From: Pirellulales bacterium
GTDB taxonomy: Bacteria; Planctomycetota; Planctomycetia; Pirellulales; Lacipirellulaceae
Length of the DNA stretch: 64,000 nt
NCBI GenBank assembly: GCA_963704265.1
Contig: CAVPHI010000003.1
Coordinates: forward strand, 189,183-253,182
Reading direction: 5' to 3'
A program made the translations under genes and the position numbers. Numbering within the stretch: the stretch's first letter is position 1; each line of letters opens with the position of its first letter. Under the pieces are notes generated by a model. The model ran no database searches. It was not told where the DNA came from and was given only the letters and a program-made list of their open reading frames with translations. Positions 10,387 through 21,571 of this stretch are shown one piece after another.

Positions 10387-11035
10387 GTTTTTGTTTTGGG
10401 CTGCGAGGAAGCAACGATCGGTTTCGTGGTGTCGATGATTCGCCAGCACAGGGCTGAAATGAAATAGGCGGCGGCAAAGGTCGTAAAACTGTAGTCGTAA
10501 CCGGCTATTTGACCAGCGTGTTTGTCGCCGATTGAAAGCTCCTCGACAGCGATTCCTAGCGTGACAGCTTGCGTCGAGAGCGAGCGTTCGACGATCGCCC
10601 CCGTCAGCCACCCGGCGGCGACGGCGCCCAGCGTGCCAATCGTGTTCATACAGGCTGCCGTCACGGCGGTATAGCGCTGGCCGATATCTTGGCATGTGGC
10701 CCATGCGGATGCCAGCGTCATGTCGTTGCACATTGCGGCCAGCGAAACCGTCAATAAGAAGTAGTGCGCGTTAGGAGCAAAGCTGGCAGCTATCCAGCAA
10801 ACGCCGGCCAGTCCCTCGGCCGCCATGCCCACGAGGCGGCGCGTGCGTTGGCGGTTTCCGGTGCGGCGAATCAACCTGTCGACGAGCCAGCCTTCCGTCA
10901 AGCAACCAATGACGCCCATCCACAGAAGCCCTCCTTGGTAAAAGGCAACGAGCAAGCTGTGGGGATTGAGCCGGAAGCGTTCTAGTAAGTGCGCAGGACA
11001 ATAAGACAAGAAGAACAATGTCGTCGCGCGTTTGG
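10383..11035 (-). pseudogene. C-terminal half of an MFS transporter (N-terminal six helices missing)
   Basis: Only the portion from about 'KRATTLFFLSYCPAHLLERFRL...' onward looks MFS-like (TM7-12). About 200 nt remain before the next gene, so no room is left for the N-terminal half. Confidence 0.55.
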
Positions 11036-11214
11036 GAGACAACGTTGCTCGGATTACGGATCCAGGCGGAACAGCGATCCGCAATCGTCCACAAGACTGG
11101 CTCCCTGGCAAATCCGTCCATCCGCACGATACTTGTTTTGGAGCTGACGGCTGCATATTTGTAGCCGAATGGGTTGGCGCCGGGCGAATCTCGAAACTGA
11201 ATCGGCTCAGCTAG
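11032..11214 (+). pseudogene. C-terminal fragment of a beta-propeller (NHL-like) protein
   Basis: The 60-aa ORF ends '...HPHDTCFGADGCIFVAEWVGAGRISKLNRLS', like the last blade of NHL-repeat proteins. It abuts the truncated MFS fragment head-on. Confidence 0.3.
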
Positions 11215-11250
11215 ATTACAGTTATTGACCTAGACCACAGGCTCGTCAAC

Positions 11251-12003
11251 GTGTTTGCTGGCTTGAAAACATCCGTTATGCTACTTGCACTCTGCGTGGC
11301 GATCGCTGATGGCATGCCCGCAACGGCGCGTGAGCCGGTTGCAACGAGCGTCGAATTCAACCGCGACATTCGGCCGATCTTGTCGGACAACTGCTTTCAT
11401 TGCCACGGACCTGACAAGGCGCAACGCAAAGCTGACATGCGACTCGATACGGAAGATGGCGCCTTCGCGATGTTGGAAAGCGGCGGTCATGCGATTGTGC
11501 GAGGCAATCTTTCTCAGAGCGAAATGGCCCGGCGCATCATGTCCGAGGACGACGACGAGCGGATGCCGCCGCCCGACTCGGGCCGCAAATTAACGCCGGC
11601 TCAAAAAGCTACGCTGGTGCGCTGGATCGACGAAGGCGCAAAGTGGCAAAAACACTGGTCGCTGATTCCACTTGAGCGACATGCGATGCCGCCAGTAAGG
11701 AATCGCGAATGGCCGCGTGTTGCGTGGGATGTTTTCGTTCTAGCACGGCTGGAGCGCGATGGACTCGAACCAACGCCGGAAGCAGACAAAGCCACCTTGT
11801 TGCGCCGTATCACATTCGATTTGACCGGCCTGACTCCGGCGTTCGACGAGGTCGACGCCTTCTTGAGCGACGATTCGCCCAACGCTTACGAAAAAGTGGT
11901 CGATCGGCTGCTGGCCTCGCCCCGTTTCGGCGAGCGAATGGCGACGGATTGGCTCGATGCGGCCCGATATGCCGACACCAACGGGTATCAAACCGATGGC
12001 ACT
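11251..12003 (+). pseudogene. PSCyt1/DUF1549 (planctomycete cytochrome c domain) protein, 3'-truncated by an IS
   Basis: It has a signal peptide, 'RDIRPILSDNCFHCHGPDKAQRKADMRLD' (CxxCH) and the DUF1549 region 'RRITFDLTGLTPAFDEVDAFLSD...RFGERMATDWLDAARYADTNGYQTDG'. Homology ends exactly at the IS inverted repeat at 12004. The DUF1553 part expected in full-length proteins is absent. Confidence 0.8.
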
Positions 12004-12916
12004 GGCTCTGTAGAAAACCTCGATAATCACAAGAATCATGACGTTGTGGGTGAGGGCGAGTAGTCGGAGTTCGCGGCACTGGGTGTGGTAGGAGTGGCCG
12101 CGGACGCAGTTGGCTTGGCGGCGTTTGATCATCGAGACGACTGTTTCCACCTGCGCGTTGTCGGTAGGCGGGGCGGTCGAAGCGAACTTGCATGAGTCGG
12201 CGGTAGTGGCCGCGGGCCGGTTTGCTCGTGGGGCGGCCGAGCTTGGCGGGAATGATCGTGCGGGTGCCGTGCTCGTCGCACGCGAACTGGTGATTGCCTT
12301 CTGAATCGTAACCCGCGTCGGCCACGACTTGCGAGAGCCGCACGACCCGCGTGGCCTCGGTAAGGAGCGGGCGGAACTCATCGACGTCGGGCCGCGGACC
12401 ACGCCCGGCATCGAGCGCGAAAATGAAGTGATCGTCGATCCCGCTGACGACGCCCAGCTTGGCGAAGTGGTGATAAACCACGGTTTTCCAAGGGCTATCC
12501 ACCCGCTGGCGGCGACGGACGAAGTAGCCACTCGCGCACGTGCATTCCAAACCCGTGGAATCGATGGCCGCCCGCTTCACCCGTTTCTTGCGACCCAGAT
12601 GGAGCCGCACGGTGGCCGCCAGAAGTTTTCGAACGGGCGCCGTCCGCAACAACCGCTGCGCCGCTTTTTGGAACGTGGTGAAGTGTGGGACCACGCTCAA
12701 TTCCAACAGGTCGCAGAGCGCGGGATGGTCTTCGAGCTGGGCCGCCAGGCCGCGGTAGTCGACCTTCAAAAAGTTCTTGAGCACCAAGCACGCGAAGAGT
12801 TGGTGCTGCGTGAACTTCTTGGGACTGAAGCGGTGCGCGTAATCGGGCAACGCCCGCCGCGCCGTCGCCAACGCCGCCCGCGCCACCGCTTGCGGAGATT
12901 TACTCGTTCGTGCCAT
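12004..12916 (-). CDS. DDE transposase, one frame break; the ORF has no stop inside the element
   Basis: The N-terminal part starts 'MARTSKSPQ...VVADAGYDSEGNHQFACDEHGTRTIIPAKLG...AYRQRA'. It continues in the +1 frame as 'QVETVVSMIKRRQANCVRGHSYHTQCRELRLLALTHNVMIL' (frame switch about 12145-12155). This second frame runs through the left inverted repeat into flanking DNA. Confidence 0.7.
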
Positions 12917-12980
12917 ACTCCGTTCTACGCAGCTGACCTGCACGGTTGTTTAGCTAGCAAGGTGCGTTTTCTACAGAGCC
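12004..12980 (-). mobile_element. ~977-bp insertion sequence (IS4/IS5-superfamily DDE transposase) with 15-bp terminal inverted repeats
   Basis: GGCTCTGTAGAAAAC at 12004-12018 and its exact reverse complement GTTTTCTACAGAGCC at 12966-12980 bracket a single transposase gene. The flanking 3 nt differ (ACT / ACC), so no clean target duplication is present. Confidence 0.8.
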
Positions 12981-13032
12981 ACCCAGCGATCCTTTCACCA
13001 ATAGCAGTTCTCAAAACTGTCGCATTTGAAGT

Positions 13033-13698
13033 TTGGCATCACCCATTTATCAAGATGTGCCGCAAGGCGCGAAGGTGCCGCTCGGTTTTATCGCCACCGA
13101 CGACAACTATTCGTGGTACCACTTGAAACTTGAGTTTCGCTGGGTCGGCAAGCGTTTTGCGCCCCGCGTCGATCGAGTGCGGGATGCCGGGGCTCTTTAC
13201 CACGCCAGCGCGGAGAAAAAAGTCTGGCCCCGTTGCATCGAGTGCCAGATTCAAGAGGGGGACGTGGGAGATTGTTTCATCGTGCATGGCTCCCAGTTGG
13301 AATCCACGGTCGATCCGCGGCTTCTCAAGACGGGCGTGCGTAAGTATTTGCCCGCGAAAGACGGCGGAGTCATCGATGTTTCGGGAGGATCTAGTATTTA
13401 TCGAATTATCAAAAGCTCAACGCACGAACTCGATGACTGGAACACCGTGGAAGTTATCGTCCGGGGCGACGAGGAAGCGGTTCACATCGTCAACGGTCAC
13501 GAAGTTTTCCGGGCCACGAAGTTGCGACAATTGGATTCCGAGACTCAGGCCTGGATTCCACTAACCTTCGGTCGTATCTTGTTGCAAGCCGAATTTGCGG
13601 AAGTGCTGTATCGCAACGTCGAGATCAAGCCTCTCGAAGGCGGGCCGTTTCGGGTTGCGGATCAGGCTGAGCCTACCGAGACCAAACGCAACGGCTAG
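13033..13698 (+). pseudogene. DUF1080 (3-keto-disaccharide hydrolase-like jelly-roll) protein, 5'-truncated
   Basis: '...YSWYHLKLEFRW...', '...NTVEVIVRGDEEAVHIVNGHEV...' and '...ILLQAEFAEVLYRNVEIKPL' fit the C-terminal two thirds of DUF1080. There is no signal peptide or N-terminal strands. An in-frame stop lies at 13027-13029, 50 nt from the IS end. Confidence 0.6.
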
Positions 13699-13785
13699 CG
13701 CAGAGAGCGCCTGTGCGACTATGCCTACGTGAACGAAATACTCGATTCGGACCAATCCCCACCAACTTCGAGCACAACAATCATT

Positions 13786-16700
13786 ATGTCCCGAAAGTCG
13801 ATTCGAGCTATTGCTTGCGCTGCCTCACTTTGGGCCTTCGGCGCTATTTTGGTATTAGCGGCGGAAAAACAACCGCCGGCCGAGCCTGCCGCGGACGGCA
13901 TCTATTCCCTTCCGGCCCAGGCGGCCGAACTCAGTGGAAAATCCGTGCGGCGCAACGACCAAACGGGTGCGATTGAACATTGGTTCAACAAACAGGATCG
14001 TGCCAATTGGAAAGTAAGCAGCCCGAAGATGGGCAACTTCGACGTGGCCGTCACTTGGAGCGTTGCGGCGGAAGACGCTCCGCAAGGGTACAACATTGAA
14101 ATCGATAACCTTGCCACGATCCGCGCGTTCACCGTCAGCACGGGTGGTGAGTTCAAGCGCGCGGTGGTGGGCCGCATCATGTTGGCCCCCGGCATGCACG
14201 ATGTGACGTTCTTTCCAACGAGCAAGAACAGCCGCGGTGGTTTATGCAAAGTGAAGCAGATCGAACTCGTGCCTGTCGAGAATCTGGCAACCGTTGCACC
14301 GCAGGAGCCCGTCGAATTGCACGTGCCCCAGGGATTTAGTGTGGAGCAAGTGGCGGGGCCGCCGCTAACCTCTCACCCGATGCTCGCCTGCTTCGATGAT
14401 CGCGGGCGGCTCTACGTAACCGAATCGACGGGAGTCAACGCCGATGCTTCGGTGCTCGCGCAAAGTCCGCCGCACAGCATTCGTATATTGGAAGACACCG
14501 ATGGCGATGGCCGCTTCGACAAGAGTACGCTGTTTGCTGACAAGATGACGTTCCCGCAGGGAATCCTCTGGCACGATGGTTCGGTCTACTCGTCATCGCC
14601 GCCCAATTTCTGGCGGTTGACCGATACCGATGGCGACGACGTGGCCGACGAGCGCGAAGTGCTGGCCACCGGTTTTGCATTTCGCGGAATGTCGGACGAC
14701 ATGCACGGGGCGTCGCTGGGGCGCGATGGCCGCCTCTACTTCGTGGCCGGGCGTATGCCGCACAAAATCAAGCGGCCAAATGGACCGGTGATTCACAAGG
14801 GGTACAACCCAATCATCGTTCGCTGCCGCCCCGATGGCTCGGAGTTGGAAGTCTACTGCGGCGCGATGGGCAATGGCGTGGGAGTCGATTTCACCGACGC
14901 GGGAGATTGTTTTGCCAGCGGCACGTTCGGAGTGAATGCCGACGGGAAACGCGATGTGTTGAACCATTGCGTCGAGGGCGGGGCCTATCCCGTGCTGGGC
15001 CAACCGCTCGTCGATCACAAGATGACCGGCGATGAAATGCCCAATCTCACGCAATTCGGCGCGTCGGCCTCGTCGGATTTGATGATGTACCGCGACGAGG
15101 TGTTCGGACCCGAGTATCGCGGCAATTTGTTTTCCGCACTGTTCAACATGCACAAGATCGTGCGCCACATTTTGGAGCCAGACGGCGCCACGTATCGTTG
15201 CCACAACGAAGATCTGCTGACGTCGCCCAACGCCGATTTTCACCCGACCGACGTGCTCGAAGACGCCGACGGCAGTTTGATCGTGGTGGATACCGGCGCG
15301 TGGTTCCTGATCGGTTGTCCGACATCCGTCATTGCCAAGCCGCAAATCAGCGGCGGAATCTATCGGATTCGCCGCTCCGATGCAAAACCCATGATCGATC
15401 CGCGAGGATTGAACATCGCTTGGGATACTTTGATGCCCGAGGGACTCGTCGCGCTGCTGGATGACGCCCGATTTGCGGTGCGCGATCGCGCCATGCGTGC
15501 GTTGGCGGCGAAAACGAACGCTGCCGTCCCAGCGTTGCGGTCGGCCCTGGGCGAGAATTCGCCGCCGCGCACCCGGATAAACGCAGTTTGGACATTGTCT
15601 CGGATCAACAATCCCGAAGCCGCCGCCGCCGCGCTCCTCGCTTTGAGCGATCCGGACGCCGGCGTCCGGCAAGCCGCCGCGACCGTGGCCGGTTTGTTTC
15701 GCGATCGCAATGCGCTGCCGCAGTTGGCGCAAATCGTGGGCAGTGATGAATCTTCCCCCGTCCGGCGGGAAGCCGCTGCGGCGCTGGGCGCATCGGCAAT
15801 GCAGAGGACGTGCCGGCTCTGCTGGCGGCGCTGACCGGCGTGACCGATCGATTTCTCGATCACGCCCTGATCTTTGCGCTCATCCGGCTCGATGACCGCG
15901 AGCAGACCGTAGCCGGCCTCGATGATCGCGCTCCGGAAGTCCGCCGCGGCGCGCTAATCGCCTTGGACCAAATGGACCATGGAAAGTTATCGCAAGAGGA
16001 CGTGACGAAGGCATTGGAAACCGACGACGCGCGCGTGCAACGTACAGCGCTGCAAGTGATTTCACGACATTCCGGCTGGGCCAATCAAATCACCGAATTG
16101 TCGGAGAGCTGGTTGGCCGAGCCTGAATTGTCGGAAGATCGCCAATCGGCACTGCGAGGCGTCCTGTTGGCGTTCGCCAAGGAAGCGTCGATCCAAAAGC
16201 TTATTGCCCAATCGCTGGCCGGAGATAAAACGCCGCAATGGACCAATCTATTACTCTTGGACGTGATCGGCCGAAGCGAGTTGGGCGCACTGCCGCCCGC
16301 CTGGCAGCAGCCGTTGTTGGCCGCGCTGCGTTCCGACAACGCGGACACGGCCCGCGCGGCAGTCACGGCAATTGCCGCAGTGAATCAATCGCTCGGGGAA
16401 AAGAGCATCCTTGGCCAAGCAGAACTGCTCGCCCTGGTGCGTAACGACAAGCTGCCTCAAGACTTGCGCGTGGCCGCCGCTGCCACCGAGATTCGAGCCG
16501 GGCAGACGATTCCCGGCGATATTTTCGAATTGCTCGCCGGGCAGTGTCGCGCCAATGTTGAACCGGTTACTCGCCTGGAGGCCGCCAGCGTCATTGGTTC
16601 GGCGAATTTGGATGTTCCCCAGCGAGATCGCGTGGTCGAATTGATTGCCGAGGCCGGTTCCTTGGAAATGCCGGCCTTGATTCGTGCCGTCGAAAATGCG

Positions 16701-17339
16701 GATGTCGGTCAAATTGGTCGGAAGCTGATTCAATCGCTCGGGGAATCGCCGGGGTTGTCCGCGCTGCCGGTCGATCGCCTCGTGGGCCTTCTGGAAAAAC
16801 TGCCGGCCGATGTTCGTTCCGAGGCCGATTCGCTGCTCAAACGAAGTAGTCTCGATTTAGAAGGGCAGCGTCAACGGATCGAGGAATTGAAAGGCGCGCT
16901 GGTCGACGGCGATGCGGATCGTGGACGATCGTTGTTCTTCGGCTCGGAGGCTTCGTGCTCTGCATGCCATCGCGTCGGCGAGGAGGGAGGAAGCATTGGA
17001 CCAAACCTGGCGGGGATCGGCGAGATTCGCACCCGCCGCGATTTGCTCGAGGCGGTGGTGTTTCCGAGCGCCTCGTTCGCGCACAACTTCGAGCCTTACA
17101 CGGTGCTGAACACATCGGGCATTACGCAATCGGGCATCATTTCGCGCACCACCAGCGACGCCGTTTATTTAGTTACTGGGGAACGCACCACCATTCGAAT
17201 TTCGCGATCGGAAATCGAAGACGATGGCCTCACGCCCTCCAAGGTCTCGATCATGCCGCAAGGCCTGGACCGAATCCTGCGGCCGGAGGAGTTAAAAGAC
17301 CTCTTGGCGTTTTTGAGTTCGCTGCGAGAGCAAGAATAG
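13786..17339 (+). CDS. PVC-type heme-binding protein: membrane-bound dehydrogenase-like beta-propeller, HEAT repeats and C-terminal cytochrome c domain; one frame break
   Basis: It has a signal anchor 'MSRKSIRAIACAASLWAFGAILVLA', 'ACFDDRGRLYVTES', 'LEDTDGDGRFD', HEAT-like repeats and the C-terminal 'CSACHRVGEEGGSIGPNLAGIG'. ORFs 13729-15834 and 15810-17339 join as 'AAALG|RIGNAEDVPALLAAL' if one nt is restored near 15790. Confidence 0.8.
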
Positions 17340-17558
17340 ATCGCTCGATCCGCGCCGTTTCGTTGATTCTCCGAAAAAGCAGAACGAACTATCTGGCAAG
17401 ATGGCGAAAAGAACAGGATAACCTGTGGAAACAGTTGATGATTTCTCGAATATCGGGCGTTCATTCCTCGCGGATTGTGGTTACACTAATGAACTCTTGC
17501 GCGATGCGATGCTCTGCTCTCTCTACCCCGCGAAGTCCACCAGCCAAGCCTTTCGTGA

Positions 17559-18849
17559 ATGATGAGTAGCTTTAAACGTAGCGCCGTGGGTCGGTATCGC
17601 TGGGTGGTTTGCGCTTTTGTTCTTTGCCACGACGATCAACTACGTCGACCGAGCCGTACTGGGCATTCTTAAGTCGACATTGATGGTGGATCTGCACTGG
17701 AGCGAAACGGATTACGGCGATATCGTTTCGTGGTTCAGCCTGGCGTACGCGTTTGGTTACGCTGGGGCGGGACGACTGATCGACGCGCTGGGAGTACGCG
17801 TCGGATATGGGATTGCGGTCGCGATTTGGAGCCTGGCCGCGATGGGGCACGGCCTGGTGCGAACCGTGTCGGGCTTCAGCATCGCGCGCGCGGCCTTGGG
17901 AATTTCCGAGGGGGGCAATTTTCCCGCGGCGATCAAGTCGGTGAGTGAATGGTTTCCCCGGCGCGAGCGTGCGCTGGCGACCGGCATCTTCAATGCCGGA
18001 AGTAATGTGGGCGCAGTTGTGGCGCCGCTCCTCGTGCCGTGGCTCACGCTGCACTACGGGTGGCCGGCCGCGTTTTATGCCACCGGCGGACTGGGATTCA
18101 TCTGGTTGGTCTTCTGGTGGTTGGTCTACGATTCGCCCGACCGGCATCCGCGCGTGTCCGCAAGCGAGTTGGCACACATCCGCAGCGACCCTCCCGATCC
18201 GCCCGCGCGGATTGCGTGGCTCAGCTTGCTGAAGTATCGGCAAGTGTGGGCGTTTGTCGTGGGGATGGCGCTGAGCGGACCGATCTGGTGGTTTTATTTG
18301 TATTGGGTGCCCGACTTCCTAGAAAAGAAGTTTGGAGTCGATTTGAGCCATTTAGGCCCACCGCTAATCGCGATCTACTTGCTGGCCGATGTGGGCAGCA
18401 TTGGGGGGGGGTGGCTTTCGTCGAGCTTGCTCAAACGCGGCTGGAGCGCCAACGCTGCCCGCAAGACGGCGCTCTTCGTGTGTGCGCTGTGCGTCGTGCC
18501 CGTGTTCATCGTGCCGATGACGACGAATTTCTGGGTTGCCACGCTGTTGATCGGCGTGGCCGCTGCCGCCCATCAAGGTTTTTCCTGCAATCTGTTTACG
18601 TTGGTCTCCGACACCGCGCCGCGCAACGTCGTCAGCTCAATCGTCGGCATTGGCGGCCTGGCATCGGGGCTCGTGGCGATGGGCTTCCAACGGCTGACGG
18701 GCCGGATTCTCGATGCCTGGCCCGATGGCTACCTGCTGCTGTTTGCAATCGCGGCCGTTGTTTACCTTGTGAATCTGTTGCTGATTCATTTACTCAATCC
18801 CCGCTTAGCGCCAATGCTGATCGCGGCCGAAGAAGCCGGCGGCAGATGA
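17559..18849 (+). CDS. MFS transporter, hexuronate (ExuT)-like; frame break near the N-terminus
   Basis: 'FFATTINYVDRAVLG' and 'GISEGGNFPAAIKSVSEWFPRRERALATGIFNAGSNVG' are typical of ExuT-like MFS (ACS family) transporters. The expected N-terminus 'MMSSFKRSAVGRYRW' is in the -1 frame at 17559-17603. The frame switch sits in a T run near 17605-17620. Confidence 0.8.
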
Positions 18850-18976
18850 CCAATTACGGCCTACTCGCCGTTTCGACCTTCGCGAGGACGCCAAGCGAAC
18901 GCTTCGCGGCAGCACATTCTCGACCAAGTCGCATCGTTGCAGGTCAATGCGACACGCGGTTTGGCAGAAACGAAAA

Positions 18977-19006
18977 GTGCCGAGTTCCCACCGGGGAACT
19001 CGGCAC
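18977..19006. terminator. Perfect 13-bp stem / 4-nt loop hairpin between convergent genes
   Basis: GTGCCGAGTTCCC-ACCG-GGGAACTCGGCAC, located between the MFS stop (18849) and the end of the dockerin pseudogene (19047). Confidence 0.55.
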
Positions 19007-19046
19007 AACTCCACAGCTTGTTGGTTGGCTAGTTGGTTGTCGCGAT

Positions 19047-19847
19047 CTATCGGAGCGCAACCATGGCGGCCGACGCGCCCACACCGCCGGGGTAAACCGT
19101 GCCGAACTTAGATCGCCAAACCGTGAAGTCGTTTTCGTCGATGATGAGGTCGGCGTTGCCGTCGGCACGCAAATCGGTTGCCGAGCCGACCGAGTCGCGC
19201 CACACGAGGTAATCGGCCCCGTTCACCACATGGTCGCCGTTGTAATCCCCCGGCGCGACGACGAGTAAGTATGCGCCGGTGCCCTTGTTCAGCGTGATAT
19301 GCTACGTCTTGCCGTTCACGGTGAGGTCGTAATCGCCCCACAAGCCATTGAAGTTGATCGTGCCGTCGGCGTCCACGGCAACTCCCGAAAGCTGTGTGTC
19401 CCAATCGTCGTTGGGATTGGTATCAGTGTCGATGGTCATCAAATCCTGCCAGCGCGTACCTGCTGTCGTAAGATTCCAATTCGTGTCGTACATTGCGGCG
19501 GCGCCGCGGTAGATATTTCCGCGCCAAAAGCCCCACATGAAAAAGCCCGTGGCATCGGGCGTGCCGAACGTCAGCCGGACCGTGTCGTCGAGCATCGTGG
19601 TCGCATTCGCCGCGCTGGTCGGGTCTTTGGCGCCGAACTCGGTCAACACGATCGGCATGCTGAGGACCGACAGGTTCTGCAGCGTTTGCATCTTGCGGGC
19701 CGGGTAGTGAGCGTTCGAGCCAGTGCCAATGGCGTTGTTCTCATTCGACTGCACGTCGATGCCGCCCACCGCGCCGCCCTGGCTCAAAATGCTCTCGACG
19801 TTTTCCAGATACCAATTGCAGTAGTAGTTGCCATCGTCCTGCAACAC
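19047..19847 (-). pseudogene. GH10-like glycoside hydrolase C-terminal part plus dockerin-like module; 5'-truncated and carrying an in-frame TAG
   Basis: 'GIDVQSNENN...PIVLTEFGAKD...GFFMWGFWRGN' resembles the distal half of a GH10 barrel. ORFs 19302-19847 and 19047-19229 are in the same frame and are separated by the TAG at 19302-19304 ('NGKT*HITLNKG...'). The C-terminus 'DYNGDHVVNGADYLVWRD...ADGNADLIIDENDFTVWR' is dockerin-like. The N-terminus is cut off at the IS3 fragment. Confidence 0.6.
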
Positions 19848-19848
19848 T

Positions 19849-20184
19849 TTGAACGACTATGCCGAGAGCTTCCTCAGCCGGCTGCGAGATGAGTTCTTGG
19901 AGATGGAGGAGTTTGAGAACATTGCCGCAGCACAGAAGCTGACCACGGCCTGGAAGGACGACTACAATCACCACCGGCCGCACAGCTCGCTGGGGTATGT
20001 AACCCCGATCGAGTTCGCGGCCTGCTGGGCCGCTTCCGCTCCGAAGTTGCTTTCGGCTACGCCTCAAGCAACTTCTCCGCGCCAGCAGCCCAGCGGAATT
20101 ACCTCACCCGACTCTCATAACACGTGGTGCACGTTTTTGGGGCAGATCACTAACGCCACGCAGGAAAACTCCAGTTCCGACTGA
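19849..20184 (+). mobile_element. C-terminal fragment of an IS3-family transposase (integrase core end)
   Basis: 'NDYAESFLSRLRDEFLEMEEFENIAAAQKLTTAWKDDYNHHRPHSSLGYVTPIEFAA' is the conserved tail of IS3 OrfB proteins. The upstream catalytic part is missing. Confidence 0.75.
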
Positions 20185-20260
20185 GGCAGGACAGTAGCCA
20201 TTTCGCTTGAGCCGTTGTGGATTCATTTGAGACCGATACTTTATGTTCGCAGTTCCATCG

Positions 20261-21565
20261 TCACGATGCACGGCAGGTGGTACAGCCAGTAGCTTCGGAA
20301 GCCGAGAGGTGATCGCGATACTCGATAAGAGTTTGCCCGGTAATCCGATGGAAGACGTTCGACAGGTACTCGCGATATCTGAAACCGGCAAGCTTGGCAA
20401 TTCTGTCGGTCGGTAGGTTTGTCGATCGCAACAACACCTTCACGCGTTCAATCTGGACTCGCCGTATTTCACCATGAACCGAGCGGCCCACGGCATTCTT
20501 GAATCGTGCGTCGAGCGAGTGTCGGCATAGCGAGGTATGCTTAACGACATCCTTCACACAAATGCCATCGCACGCGAGTTTCCGAATGTAGCGCAAAGCC
20601 TCCACTATCTCAGTATCCTTGAATGCGAGGATATCAGTGGACTGTCGGGTGACAATGCCCTCGGGAGGAATCGTGAAAGCGCGATCCTCGACCAATATGC
20701 CACGCATCATATCGTCCAGCACGCGTGCCGCATTGTATCCAAGTCTGATTGCGCTTTGAACAACGCTCGTTAGAGGTGGGGTTGCCAATTCACAAATAAG
20801 CTCTTCATTGTCGACTCCGATGACCGCCACTTCTTCAGGAACACGGATACTCAACTGATTGCACGCTTCCAACACATATAACGCTCTCACGTCATAGTCC
20901 GCCATGATACCTACTGGTTTAGGTAGCGTTGCAATCCATTTGCCCAGTCTTTCGCATAGTAATTCACTGTTCTCGGATCCATCACATTCGTCGCGAAACA
21001 CCGAGCACTCGTATCCGGCCTGACGGATACGATGGACGAAGGCAGCGGCGCGATTCTCCGACCATGGCTGATAGAATTCTGCGGTAATGTGCCCTCCGCA
21101 ATAGGCATAATTGCTGAACCCGCGTTCGAGGAGATGTTCGGCGCCAAGCTGAGCAATCGCAACATCGTCGGTGGCAAAATATGGTATGGGGAGGCCGCGA
21201 CTCCCTTTTCCATCGCCGAAGCCGACAACTGGGCCTGAAAACGTAGAGACGATCTCGCGGATTTGCGGATCATCCAAAGCTACGATAATACCGTCGCCCT
21301 TCCATTTTCGCAGTTCCAACGACAAATGGCGTCGGTCGGGAGGAACATAAGGAAGCCAATTCTGTCGCTCTTGAACAAACTGGCCAATGCCAAGAACAAC
21401 TTGACGCTCATAGTGACCCTCGAGAGGCACGAAAATTCCCACGCGGCGCCGCTGCGACGCTTCTACACCTCCACGCATGCGATTAAGACGAACGGTTGAC
21501 ATATTCCTGACCTGATTTCGCGACAGATTATGGTGAGGATCCGTTTCCAAAATCCCATTTTCCAA
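20261..21565 (-). CDS. XylR-type transcriptional regulator (periplasmic-binding-protein-like sensor domain plus AraC HTH)
   Basis: N-terminal region 'RRRVGIFVPLEGHYERQVVLGIGQFVQERQNW', and C-terminal AraC helix-turn-helix 'VKDVVKHTSLCRHSLDARFKNAVGRSVHGEIRRVQIERVKVLLRSTNLPTDRIAKLAGFRYREYLSNVFHRITGQTLIEYR'. Confidence 0.8.
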   Translation of the reverse strand: MENGILETDPHHNLSRNQVRNMSTVRLNRMRGGVEASQRRRVGIFVPLEGHYERQVVLGIGQFVQERQNWLPYVPPDRRHLSLELRKWKGDGIIVALDDPQIREIVSTFSGPVVGFGDGKGSRGLPIPYFATDDVAIAQLGAEHLLERGFSNYAYCGGHITAEFYQPWSENRAAAFVHRIRQAGYECSVFRDECDGSENSELLCERLGKWIATLPKPVGIMADYDVRALYVLEACNQLSIRVPEEVAVIGVDNEELICELATPPLTSVVQSAIRLGYNAARVLDDMMRGILVEDRAFTIPPEGIVTRQSTDILAFKDTEIVEALRYIRKLACDGICVKDVVKHTSLCRHSLDARFKNAVGRSVHGEIRRVQIERVKVLLRSTNLPTDRIAKLAGFRYREYLSNVFHRITGQTLIEYRDHLSASEATGCTTCRAS

Positions 21566-21571
21566 TCGGTT

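Noticed and set aside
12130-12170. Programmed ribosomal frameshift in the IS transposase
   Set aside because: The downstream frame is +1 relative to the upstream one, and there is no slippery A/T heptamer at the switch (CGACAACGCGCAGGTGG). Comparable 1-nt breaks occur in many non-IS genes in this window, so an indel is more likely.
20183-20199. 9-nt direct repeat GGCAGGACA at both edges of the low-GC block (also at 54862-54870) as possible att sites
   Set aside because: Only 9 nt match and the flanking similarity is at chance level (8 of 19). A match of that length between two ~100-nt windows is not rare enough to support a claim.
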